Assembly: GCA_002314835.1 (NCBI GenBank)
Contig: DCHM01000009.1
Location: forward strand, 1 to 59,512
Source: Clostridiales bacterium UBA1752
GTDB lineage: Bacteria; Bacillota; Clostridia; Oscillospirales; CAG-382
DNA: 59,512 nt
Direction of reading: 5' to 3'
Both the position numbers and the translations under genes were made by a program. Position 1 is the stretch's first letter. Each line of letters opens with the position of its first letter. Positions 51,575-59,512 of the stretch are shown piece by piece. The notes beneath the pieces were generated by a model. The model made no database searches. It saw nothing but the letters and a program-made list of their open reading frames with translations, and was not told the origin of the DNA.

Positions 51575-52499
51575 TAAGATTGCTACCCGTGTTGCTTACG
51601 GCAACGCGCTCGCCGACCTCGGTGACAAATACGATTTCTTTGTTCTCGACGCCGACCTCAGCGGCTCTACTCAGACCGCTATTTTCGGCAAAAAATACCC
51701 CGACAGATTTGTAAACTGCGGTATCGCAGAGGAAAATATGATAGCCGTCGCCGCCGGTATCGCCTCCACGGGCGTGCCTGCGTTTGCGTCGAGCTTTGCA
51801 ATGTTTGCCTGCGGCAGAGCGTACGAACAGATACGCAATATGGTTGCTCACACGGGCTTGCCCGTCAAGATTTGCGCCAGCCACGGCGGCATCACCGTCG
51901 GTGAAGACGGCGCAACGCACCAATTCTGCGAGGATTTTGCACTTATGCGCTCTATCCCTGAGATGACCGTAGTCAACCCTGCCGACGCTGTAGAGGCCTA
52001 CGCCGCAGTCGAAGCGATACTCAAGTTTAACGGTCCCGTTTATATGCGCCTCGGCAGATACGCCGTACCCACGGTCTTTGACAAAGAGACCTACAAGTTT
52101 GAGCTCGGCAAGGCGAGCGTTATAAACGACGGCAGTGACGTCACCATCTTTGCCACCGGCATTATGGTTGCCGCCGCCAACGAAGCAAGAGAAATATTGG
52201 CATCCGAGGGCATCAGTGCCGCGGTCGTCAATATTCATACCTTAAAGCCCATTGATAAAGAAACTATCATCAAATACGCGGCAAAGACAAAGCACGTCGT
52301 CACCGCCGAAGAGCACTCCGTAATAGGCGGTCTCGGCTCTGCGGTTGCCGAGGTTTTGTCCGAAGAGTTGCCTACAAAGATGGCTCGCGTAGGCATCGAG
52401 GACGTATTTGGTCAGTCCGCCCCCGCAGGCGTACTGCTCGACTACTACAACCTCAACGCCAAGGGCATTTGTGACAAGGTTCACAAGCTCCTCAAATGA
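51567..52499 (+). CDS. Transketolase, C-terminal (pyrimidine-binding) subunit
   Basis: CGIAEENM, GEDGATHQ and a C-terminal transketolase domain. It overlaps the upstream subunit. Confidence 0.93.
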   Translation: MADKIATRVAYGNALADLGDKYDFFVLDADLSGSTQTAIFGKKYPDRFVNCGIAEENMIAVAAGIASTGVPAFASSFAMFACGRAYEQIRNMVAHTGLPVKICASHGGITVGEDGATHQFCEDFALMRSIPEMTVVNPADAVEAYAAVEAILKFNGPVYMRLGRYAVPTVFDKETYKFELGKASVINDGSDVTIFATGIMVAAANEAREILASEGISAAVVNIHTLKPIDKETIIKYAAKTKHVVTAEEHSVIGGLGSAVAEVLSEELPTKMARVGIEDVFGQSAPAGVLLDYYNLNAKGICDKVHKLLK

Positions 52500-53245
52500 G
52501 ATACTACGACGAAATAAGCGCATATCTTGACGCTTGCTATCCCGTTTCTCTCAGCGAAAGCTGGGACAACGACGGCGCGATGGTTTATACCTCACGCCCG
52601 ATAACCAAGGTTTTGATTGCTCTCGACTGCTCTACGCCTGCTATCAAGCAGGCGTATCTCTCGGGTTGCGAGCTGATAGTCACTCACCACCCACTGCTAT
52701 TCAAAAAGCCGTATTCGCTCGAGGTTTTCAGGCGTTTGGTCCTGCTCAAAAAGCTCGGCATCGGGCTTTTGTCCTACCACACGAGGCTGGATGAAGTCGA
52801 GGGCGGAGTAAACGACTGCTTTGCTTCGGCTTTGGGACTTAAATGCGCTATGTTTATGGAGCCCTGCGCCCGTATGACGGTGCTGCCCGAGCCTATAACT
52901 TTCCAAGCCATGTACGAGCGTGCGTCCGCACTCTGCCAAGGCTATAAGCCCTTTGCGGTCAAATGCAGTGACACCTGCCGTCGCATAGCCACAGTATCCG
53001 GCGGAGGCAAGAGCTTTATACAGTCAGCCGCAGTCAAGCACGGCTGTGACACGCTCATCACCGGCGAAGCCTCACACGACGCATATATCGCTTCTCACGA
53101 GCTGGGGCTCAACCTCATCTGCGTCGGACACCACAACAGCGAGAGCGTGGTTTTGCCTGCGCTCGCCGCCAATATCAAATCGCGTTTTAACGACGTTACG
53201 ACTTACATTTTTGACTTTACAGAAACATTAGAATATGGCATTTGA
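52496..53245 (+). CDS. Nif3-like dinuclear metal-centre protein
   Basis: WDNDGAMV, IVTHHPLLF, YHTRLD and GHHNSE. Confidence 0.85.
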   Translation: MRYYDEISAYLDACYPVSLSESWDNDGAMVYTSRPITKVLIALDCSTPAIKQAYLSGCELIVTHHPLLFKKPYSLEVFRRLVLLKKLGIGLLSYHTRLDEVEGGVNDCFASALGLKCAMFMEPCARMTVLPEPITFQAMYERASALCQGYKPFAVKCSDTCRRIATVSGGGKSFIQSAAVKHGCDTLITGEASHDAYIASHELGLNLICVGHHNSESVVLPALAANIKSRFNDVTTYIFDFTETLEYGI

Positions 53246-54938
53246 CGGATATTTCTGCCGCGCCGCGGCAGCCGAAATCAATAGCTATGCCGGAGCGCGG
53301 ATAGACAAGCTCTATCAAGGTTCGCCTTCGGCTTTTTATCTATCTCTTTATAAGGGCGGCGACAGGCTTACGCTGATTATTTCGGCGTCGGCTCAGAGCC
53401 CGATAGTCGCAGTCACTCCGGAGCAGATTCCCTGCAAAGACACCCCTTCGGCTCTGTGTATGCTGTTTCGCAAGCACCTTATTTCGTCGCACCTCGCGTC
53501 CGCCGAGGCAGTCAAGGGCGAAAGAATAATAAAGCTTACCTTTGACGGCTCGGACGATATGGGCTATCCAGTACAAAAGATTATTTACGCCGAAATGATG
53601 GGCAAATACAGCAACATCCTGCTCTGCAACCAAGACGGCAGGATACTCGGCGCCACCCACACCTCCGACCTCACCGAGGGCACACGCCCCGTCATGACGG
53701 GCATCGAATACACTCTGCCACCTGCACAAAATAAGTTTGACATTGCCCTTCTTTCGAGCACCGAGTTTATCGCTCTGTGCAACAAAAACATTGACAAGCG
53801 TTGTGACAGCTATCTTTTGCAGTCATTCGCCTGCCTTTCGCCTCTGACCGCGAGAGAGCTAACCTACCGCGCGACGGGCGCGACTGATACGCTGCTTTGC
53901 GACACCGACCTTTTGCGCCTCGACGACGAGAGGCAAAGGTTCGTCGCAGACATAGAGACAAACCGTTTTACTCCCGTGACCTACGGTCAAAAGGAATATA
54001 GCTTTACGCCTCTGACGCAGTACGGCGAATATCAGGTCAAAGACAGCTTTGCCGAGCTGTTGCTCAGCTTTTACGGCGAAAAAGAGCGCGAGGCATCGCT
54101 CCAGTCAAGAGCCAAGGACATACTGCACTGCGTTGAGAGCTCGCTTTCGCGCGAGCGCAAAAAGCTGGACAAGCAGACCGTAGAGCTAAACGACTGCAAG
54201 CAAAAAGAGCTTTACCGCGCCGAGGGCGACGCCATAACCGCCAATATCTACCGCATCAAAAAAGGCGACGAGCTTTTGCAGGCTATCGACTACGAGACGA
54301 ACGAAACCTTTTTGATAAAGCTCGACAAGCGCCTCACCCCTGCTCAAAACGCGCAGACGAGATATAAAAAATACGCCAAACTAAAGCGTGCCGAAGCCGA
54401 GCTAACATTGCAAATGGCTAAGGCTACCTCACAGATAGACTACCTCGAGAGCGTGCTCGACTGCATACGCCGCGCGACCTCGACCGCCGACCTCGACGAA
54501 ATCCGCAGGGAGCTGGGCGAAACGGGTTATCTTGCCTCCGCAGGCGGCAAGCGGCTCAAGCTGCCGCCGTCAAAGCCTCTTACCTTTACCACTACTCACG
54601 GCTACACCGTCAAGGTAGGCAAAAACAACAAGCAAAACGATTATCTCACCTTCGGAGCGCAAAAAGACGATATATGGTTCCACGTCAAGGGCTTTCACGG
54701 CAGCCACGTCATTATGTGCGCGAGCGGCACAGAGCCCGACGCATTAGATTACACCGAGGCCGCCATGCTCGCCGCCTATCACAGCGAAGTTCGCGGCTCA
54801 CAGCAGGTGCCCGTAGATTATACGAGGGCGAGATACGTCAAAAAGCCGGCAGGCTCTGCTCCCGGCTACGTCACCTACGATAAATATTACACCGCGTACG
54901 TTGATGCGGATTTGCCAAAGGAGCAAAAGGATGTTTGA
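53235..54938 (+). CDS. rqcH: NFACT-family ribosome quality-control protein (RqcH/FbpA-like)
   Basis: An NFACT-N region, a coiled-coil middle, and NFACT-R/DUF814 (WFHVKGFHGSHVIM). Confidence 0.85.
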   Translation: MAFDGYFCRAAAAEINSYAGARIDKLYQGSPSAFYLSLYKGGDRLTLIISASAQSPIVAVTPEQIPCKDTPSALCMLFRKHLISSHLASAEAVKGERIIKLTFDGSDDMGYPVQKIIYAEMMGKYSNILLCNQDGRILGATHTSDLTEGTRPVMTGIEYTLPPAQNKFDIALLSSTEFIALCNKNIDKRCDSYLLQSFACLSPLTARELTYRATGATDTLLCDTDLLRLDDERQRFVADIETNRFTPVTYGQKEYSFTPLTQYGEYQVKDSFAELLLSFYGEKEREASLQSRAKDILHCVESSLSRERKKLDKQTVELNDCKQKELYRAEGDAITANIYRIKKGDELLQAIDYETNETFLIKLDKRLTPAQNAQTRYKKYAKLKRAEAELTLQMAKATSQIDYLESVLDCIRRATSTADLDEIRRELGETGYLASAGGKRLKLPPSKPLTFTTTHGYTVKVGKNNKQNDYLTFGAQKDDIWFHVKGFHGSHVIMCASGTEPDALDYTEAAMLAAYHSEVRGSQQVPVDYTRARYVKKPAGSAPGYVTYDKYYTAYVDADLPKEQKDV

Positions 54939-55617
54939 GCGCGTTTTGCCGCTGATAGGCGAGAACCGACTGCAAAAACTGCATAATTCCTCGGTTTTGG
55001 TGCTCGGAGCAGGCGGCGTCGGATGCGCCGTGATAGAGGCGTTGGCACGAGGAGGCGTCGGCAGGGTTGACGTCTGCGACGGCGACGTTTACAGCACAAG
55101 CAACAAAAACCGCCAGCTATACGCCACCGACCGAACGCTCGGTCAAAGCAAAGCGTTAGTCGCCTGCGAGCGTATCAAAACGATAAACGCCGATATTTCT
55201 GCGACTGCCTACGACTTTTTTTACCGCGGCGAGAATATGGACAAAATCGACCTTGCGTCCTACGACTACGTAGCCGATTGCATCGACGACGTTAAGGCAA
55301 AATGCGACCTCATCGAGCGTTGCAAGGCGCTCGGCACCCCGATAATCGCCTGCATGGGCACGGGCAACAAGTTTGATGTGACAAAGTTTAAGATAGCCGA
55401 TATCAAAAAAACCGACACCTGCCCTCTCGCAAAAGCGGTTCGCCTCGAACTGCGCGCACGCGGCATATTTGACGGCGTAAAGGTCTTATACAGCACCGAA
55501 ATTCCGGCGATAAAGACCGCGACACCTGCTTCGATATCTTACGTACCGCCTGCGGCAGGACTGATGATAGCAGGCGAAATAATACAGGATTTAATTAAGG
55601 AGATAAACAATGGCTAA
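54931..55617 (+). CDS. tcdA: tRNA threonylcarbamoyladenosine dehydratase (ThiF/E1-like)
   Basis: Rossmann motif VLGAGGVGC, NKNRQ and TCPLAKAVR. Confidence 0.85.
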   Translation: MFERVLPLIGENRLQKLHNSSVLVLGAGGVGCAVIEALARGGVGRVDVCDGDVYSTSNKNRQLYATDRTLGQSKALVACERIKTINADISATAYDFFYRGENMDKIDLASYDYVADCIDDVKAKCDLIERCKALGTPIIACMGTGNKFDVTKFKIADIKKTDTCPLAKAVRLELRARGIFDGVKVLYSTEIPAIKTATPASISYVPPAAGLMIAGEIIQDLIKEINNG

Positions 55618-56173
55618 AGTTAATTGGAAAGGCGGCGCACTCCTCGCGCCCGTACCTGCCGTCCTCGTTACTTCGGGCGACGAGGCAAAGCCCAACGTAT
55701 GCACCGTCGCTTGGACGGGCATCATCAATACAAACCCTCCGCGCACCTACGTTTCACTGCGCAAGACGCGTTACAGCCACGAGCTGATAAGCAAGTCGGG
55801 CGAGTTTTGCATCAATCTGCCCACCTCTCAGCTCGCGCGCATCACCGACTTTGTAGGCGTAAAGTCGGGCAGAGATTTTGACAAATTCGGCAAGCTCAGC
55901 ATCACGCCCGAAAAGTGCGCTCACATAGGCACCGTTTCGGTTGCCGAGTGCCCCGTCAGCATCGAGTGCAAGGTCTTTCAGACGATAGAGCTCGGCTCGC
56001 ACGATATGTTTCTCGCAGATATAGTCGGCATTTCGGTTGACGAAAAGCTGCTCGACGAAGCAGGCAAACTCCACATGGAAAAAGCCCACCTCATGGCTTA
56101 CAGCCACGGCGAATATTTTACACTCGGCAAAAAGATAGGTCACATGGGCTATTCGGTCAAAAAGCGCAGATGA
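55610..56173 (+). CDS. Flavin reductase-like (FMN-binding split barrel) protein
   Basis: PNVCTVAWTGIINTNPP and a flavin_reduct-like length. Confidence 0.85.
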   Translation: MAKVNWKGGALLAPVPAVLVTSGDEAKPNVCTVAWTGIINTNPPRTYVSLRKTRYSHELISKSGEFCINLPTSQLARITDFVGVKSGRDFDKFGKLSITPEKCAHIGTVSVAECPVSIECKVFQTIELGSHDMFLADIVGISVDEKLLDEAGKLHMEKAHLMAYSHGEYFTLGKKIGHMGYSVKKRR

Positions 56174-56646
56174 CCGACGTCACAGTAATCCACGTCGGCG
56201 AAGGCAAAGAGCCGTACTACGCTGCCGCCGAGAGCGAATATATCAAGCGGCTCGGCGCCTATTGCCGTTACCGCACCGTAATGATAAAAGAGGAGCGCAT
56301 AGACGACGAAGCCAGCGACGCCTTGATAGGCAAAGCCTTGTCAAAAGAGGCCGAAGCCATAAAACGCGCCATACCGCAGGGCAGCTATATTATCGCACTC
56401 TGCGTCGAAGGCAAACAGTTGTCCTCGCAAGGGCTGTCTGAGCTTATCGGCAGAGTTACGCTGTCAAAGCCCATCACTTATATCATAGGCTCGAGCCACG
56501 GACTTGACGGGAGTATAAAGGCGCTCGCCGATTGCAAGCTGTCGTTTTCGCTCATGACTTTTCCCCACCGATTGATGCGCGTCATACTCGCAGAGCAGAC
56601 CTACCGCGCTTTTACTATTTTGGCAGGTAAAAACTATCACAAATAA
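56170..56646 (+). CDS. rlmH: 23S rRNA (pseudouridine1915-N3)-methyltransferase
   Basis: SPOUT fold. IIGSSHGL and FPHRLMRVILAEQTYRAF are typical RlmH blocks. Confidence 0.92.
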   Translation: MTDVTVIHVGEGKEPYYAAAESEYIKRLGAYCRYRTVMIKEERIDDEASDALIGKALSKEAEAIKRAIPQGSYIIALCVEGKQLSSQGLSELIGRVTLSKPITYIIGSSHGLDGSIKALADCKLSFSLMTFPHRLMRVILAEQTYRAFTILAGKNYHK

Positions 56647-56657
56647 ACAAAACCCAC

Positions 56658-56686
56658 TTGCAAAACGAGTTTGCTTGTGGTAAAAT
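56658..56686 (+). promoter_or_regulatory. Candidate promoter (extended -10)
   Basis: TTGCAA, 17 nt ending in TGg, TAAAAT. Confidence 0.55.
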
Positions 56687-56717
56687 ACAGACAAATAATT
56701 TTTTGGAGGATATAATC

Positions 56718-57779
56718 ATGGCAAAAATGAAAATCGCTATCATTGGTTGCGGTACCATCGCAAACAATGCGCACATTCCCGCTTACCTCAAAAACCCCGA
56801 TGTAGAAATCAAATATTTCTGTGACATCATCCTTTCCAAGGCTGAAGCAGCAGTTGCTAAATACGGCGTAGGCACCGCAGTCGAAGATTATCATCAGATA
56901 CTCGCAGACCCCGAGGTCGAGGCCGTTTCGGTCTGCACCCCAAACAAGATGCACTCCATTATTTCCATCGACTTCCTCAAAGCAGGCAAAAACGTCCTTT
57001 GCGAAAAGCCCGCCGCTCGCATTTACTCCGAAGCTCTCGCTATGCAGCAGGCTCAGCACGAGTCCGGCAAGGTTCTTAACATCGGCGTCGTAAACCGCTT
57101 TAACGCAGGCGTCAATAAGCTCCGTTCTATGATTCAAAACGGTGACCTCGGCGAGGTTTACGCTATCTACGTATCCTTCCGTGCATACCGTTCTATCCCC
57201 GGTCTCGGCGGTGCATTCACCACCAAGGCTATCGCAGGCGGCGGCGTCCTCATCGACTGGGGCGTTCACTACCTCGATATCGTTATGTACTGCATGAATG
57301 ACCCCAAGCCTCTCACCGTTTCAGCAAAGGCATTCTCCAAGCTCGGCGTTGATATGCCCAACTACGTTTACAACGGCATGTGGGCAGAAGATACCAAGAA
57401 CGTAAACGGCACCTACGACGTTGACGACTACGTTACCGGCTTTGTACGTACCGAAGGTCCTACCATCACCTTTAACGGCGCATGGGCTCAGAACATCGGC
57501 GAGCAGGACACCTACATTGACTTCCTCGGCACCAAGGGCGGCGCAAGACTGCAGTACGGCAGCGACTTTACCTTCTACACCACCTCTTGCGGCGAGCTCA
57601 TCAACTTTAAGCCCCGCTTTACTCCCAACGCTCACTTTGAGAACGAAATCAACAGCTTTATCCGCTGCATCAAGACCGGCGAAAAGCTGCCTTCTCACAT
57701 CGACACGGTTATCGTAACCGCAAAGATGATGCAGGCTATGTACGATTCGTCCGAGCAGGGCAAAGAAATCCAGCTTTAA
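56718..57779 (+). CDS. Gfo/Idh/MocA-family oxidoreductase
   Basis: N-terminal Rossmann IAIIGCGTIANNAH and CEKP. RBS GGAGGA. Confidence 0.9.
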   Translation: MAKMKIAIIGCGTIANNAHIPAYLKNPDVEIKYFCDIILSKAEAAVAKYGVGTAVEDYHQILADPEVEAVSVCTPNKMHSIISIDFLKAGKNVLCEKPAARIYSEALAMQQAQHESGKVLNIGVVNRFNAGVNKLRSMIQNGDLGEVYAIYVSFRAYRSIPGLGGAFTTKAIAGGGVLIDWGVHYLDIVMYCMNDPKPLTVSAKAFSKLGVDMPNYVYNGMWAEDTKNVNGTYDVDDYVTGFVRTEGPTITFNGAWAQNIGEQDTYIDFLGTKGGARLQYGSDFTFYTTSCGELINFKPRFTPNAHFENEINSFIRCIKTGEKLPSHIDTVIVTAKMMQAMYDSSEQGKEIQL

Positions 57780-57793
57780 TCTTCAGCACAATA

Positions 57794-57819
57794 ACGGGCA
57801 TCTCGGTGCCCGTTTTTTT
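57794..57819 (+). terminator. Rho-independent terminator
   Basis: Stem ACGGGCA/TGCCCGT followed by T7. Confidence 0.8.
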
Positions 57820-57868
57820 ATTAAAAACAAGTAAGGATACCGTCATAAAAAAGCAGAATAATTCGAGT

Positions 57869-57898
57869 AAAAAGTCCTCTGCAAAAGAGGACTTTTTT
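57869..57898. terminator. Second terminator-like hairpin about 50 nt downstream (orphan)
   Basis: Stem AGTCCTCT/AGAGGACT, with A-run and T-run flanks. Confidence 0.55.
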
Positions 57899-57913
57899 GA
57901 TATTATTTTCCGA

Positions 57914-57943
57914 TTGACAAAAGCCCCCATACTGTGCTATAAT
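57914..57943 (+). promoter_or_regulatory. Candidate promoter (extended -10)
   Basis: TTGACA, 18 nt ending in TGc, TATAAT. Confidence 0.5.
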
Positions 57944-57966
57944 TTTCTGTAACATGGAGGCATATT

Positions 57967-58797
57967 ATGCAATATATAGACGTTACGCATCAGAATTATC
58001 ATTTGCAGGGCTTTTCCAACGACGGCACTTATATGTACTGGTCTTTTACCGACTCGGTCGTAAAGACTACGCTTGACGGCACCATGCGCTTGCAAACGCT
58101 CGTATCTGGCGGTCACCTCGGCGACTGCGACTATTATGACGGCAAGGTTTATGCGTCATACCTCGGCTTTTCACAGCCCGGGCACGCATGGAACGACTGG
58201 ACGTCATTCAAGATTTACGTTTTTAACGCCTCCGACCTCAGCGTTGACAAAATATTAGACCTCGATATATGCTATAAATACAAGGCATCCGCCGACAGCG
58301 ACCCCGAGGACACGAGGGGGTTCCAAGGCATAGACGGCATCTCGATAGTCGAGGACAAAAACGGCAAGCCTCACATGTACGTTGCCTGCGCCGTCAACGA
58401 GGCGGAAAAATACGCCGACAACATCATACTGTGCTTTGACTTAGACGGCAATTACGAGACCGAATATCACGTTACCACGGGCAACACGGTCTTTGGCATC
58501 CAAAACCTCGATTACGACGTCAAAAACGAGCAATTCTGGTTCTCCACCTACGGCGGCAGCAAGCCGTATATGCCCAAAGAAACTCTCTTTTGCCTCGACA
58601 AAAACTTTAACCTCTTGGCTAAATACAAGTTCAGCTCTCCCTACGGCTTTGATTGCCTCGGCGACAGCTATTGGTGCTCGATAACCAAGGGCAAAAACGG
58701 CAACTATCTCGGCGTAGCCTACAAAGCCACACGTGATTTCTTTGATTCGCCACACACCGAGGCAGAAATCATCGACGAAATATCAAATCAACTATAA
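57967..58797 (+). CDS. Hypothetical cytoplasmic protein (beta-rich)
   Basis: 276-aa ORF with good coding character and a GGAGG RBS. No motif recognised. Confidence 0.55.
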   Translation: MQYIDVTHQNYHLQGFSNDGTYMYWSFTDSVVKTTLDGTMRLQTLVSGGHLGDCDYYDGKVYASYLGFSQPGHAWNDWTSFKIYVFNASDLSVDKILDLDICYKYKASADSDPEDTRGFQGIDGISIVEDKNGKPHMYVACAVNEAEKYADNIILCFDLDGNYETEYHVTTGNTVFGIQNLDYDVKNEQFWFSTYGGSKPYMPKETLFCLDKNFNLLAKYKFSSPYGFDCLGDSYWCSITKGKNGNYLGVAYKATRDFFDSPHTEAEIIDEISNQL

Positions 58798-58811
58798 ATC
58801 GGAGGTATTAT

Positions 58812-59512
58812 ATGTCCAAAAAGATTATCGCTCTGCTTTTAATGCTCGCGCTCGCGATAGCCGTTATCCCTGCTATCGTCAATGCCGAATCGTCCGACTA
58901 TTCGTCCCTGCTCGGCACCGCAAACAGCAATCCGCAGTATAAGTTTGCCATTTCCGCGCCTACATACTACACCGCAGGCGAAACAATCACCGTCACCGTC
59001 AAGGCGACTAACGTCAAAAAGGCATTCCTTATCACAGAGTTTAACCTGTATTTCAGCGATACAAAGCTCGACCCCGTGGTTAAAAACAACGACTCCACCT
59101 CAAACAAAGAGATGGAAGCCTTCCTTATCAAGCCCGCGCTCACAAAGTGGCCCGACGTTATCTGCTCGCTCAACACCGTAGCCGACGATTACGACTATTA
59201 TATGCTCAGCTTTGCAGATTCTTCATTCAAAAACCCCGTCAGCGGCGACAACCAGTTTGAGCTCCAAATCAAGTTTAAGGTTAAAGCCGGCGTCACCGGC
59301 GACATCGTGCTCTTTATACCCAACGGCGAGGACGACAACGTTTGCTACGACTCAAATTACGGCGCCATCCTCGGCGCAGGCAGCTACGTAGTGCTCACTC
59401 CCAAGCCCAAGGAAGAGTCAAAAGAGACTTCTAAAGAAACATCTAAAGAAACATCCAAAGAAACCTCCAAGGAAACCTCCAAAGAGGAGTCCAAGACCGA
59501 GGTAAGCAAAGA
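58812..59512 (+). CDS. Secreted protein with a cohesin-like beta-sandwich module and a KETS repeat linker (3' end outside the window)
   Basis: RBS GGAGG. Signal peptide ALLLMLALAIAVIPAIVNA. GETITVTVKATNVK...FNLYFSDTKLDPV...FELQIKFKVKAGVTGDIVL resembles cohesin modules. The ORF is open to the window end and was not in the supplied ORF track. Confidence 0.6.
   Translation, partial: MSKKIIALLLMLALAIAVIPAIVNAESSDYSSLLGTANSNPQYKFAISAPTYYTAGETITVTVKATNVKKAFLITEFNLYFSDTKLDPVVKNNDSTSNKEMEAFLIKPALTKWPDVICSLNTVADDYDYYMLSFADSSFKNPVSGDNQFELQIKFKVKAGVTGDIVLFIPNGEDDNVCYDSNYGAILGAGSYVVLTPKPKEESKETSKETSKETSKETSKETSKEESKTEVSK
59409..59497 (+). repeat. 12-bp in-frame tandem repeats (K-E-T-S units)
   Basis: aaagaaacatct / aaagaaacctcc variants repeat 5-6 times. 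Confidence 0.8.

Noticed and set aside
1-59512. CRISPR arrays, tRNA/rRNA genes, transposases, integrases, reverse transcriptases, restriction-modification genes
   Set aside because: I found no regularly spaced direct repeats with unique spacers and no tRNA-like T-arm or acceptor patterns. I also found no ORF with DDE, tyrosine- or serine-recombinase, RT or methyltransferase motifs on either strand.

Overview
This is a 59.5-kb chromosomal fragment that looks like a Clostridia (Oscillospiraceae/Ruminococcaceae-like) genome. The taxonomic call rests on gene content and order only; no search was run. I found no rRNA, tRNA, CRISPR array, transposase or integrase.

The window has three parts:
- 1-6260 is a visibly AT-richer accessory stretch. 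It holds a SUKH/SMI1 fragment, a truncated Fic gene, an amino-acid ABC transporter with a circularly permuted binding protein, a GGDEF protein and a solitary AAA+/DUF4143 ATPase.
- 6261-27500 is dominated by secreted proteins and lipoproteins with Ser/Glu-rich linkers (Big_2+GLUG, beta-helix, discoidin, LamG-esterase, Cthe_2159-like). It also carries an ALDH/Fe-ADH operon, a group II PLP decarboxylase, a second GGDEF protein and a WYL regulator.
- 28161-57779 is core housekeeping: rnj, murA, a corrinoid protein with type III glutamine synthetase, dapA, queA, miaA, the ylm/sepF/divIVA cluster, ileS, lspA, rluD, split transketolase, Nif3, rqcH, tcdA and rlmH.

The right edge carries a cohesin-like secreted protein.

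Findings most worth follow-up:
- An AT-rich 1.5-kb single-gene cassette encodes an AlbA_2/Schlafen-like + HATPase_c_4 + wHTH protein. It is bracketed by a 64-bp direct repeat that duplicates the 3' end of the neighbouring gene, and no recombinase is present.
- A PBP5/DacA-like protein has all three catalytic motifs degenerate.
- A perfect LexA (Cheo) box lies next to a consensus promoter of an orphan sigma-region-4-like gene.
- A periodic GGA-containing element with its own terminator sits between convergent genes.
- rnj, an SDR and a WYL regulator are arranged as a translationally coupled unit.

All functional calls come from motifs recognised by eye.
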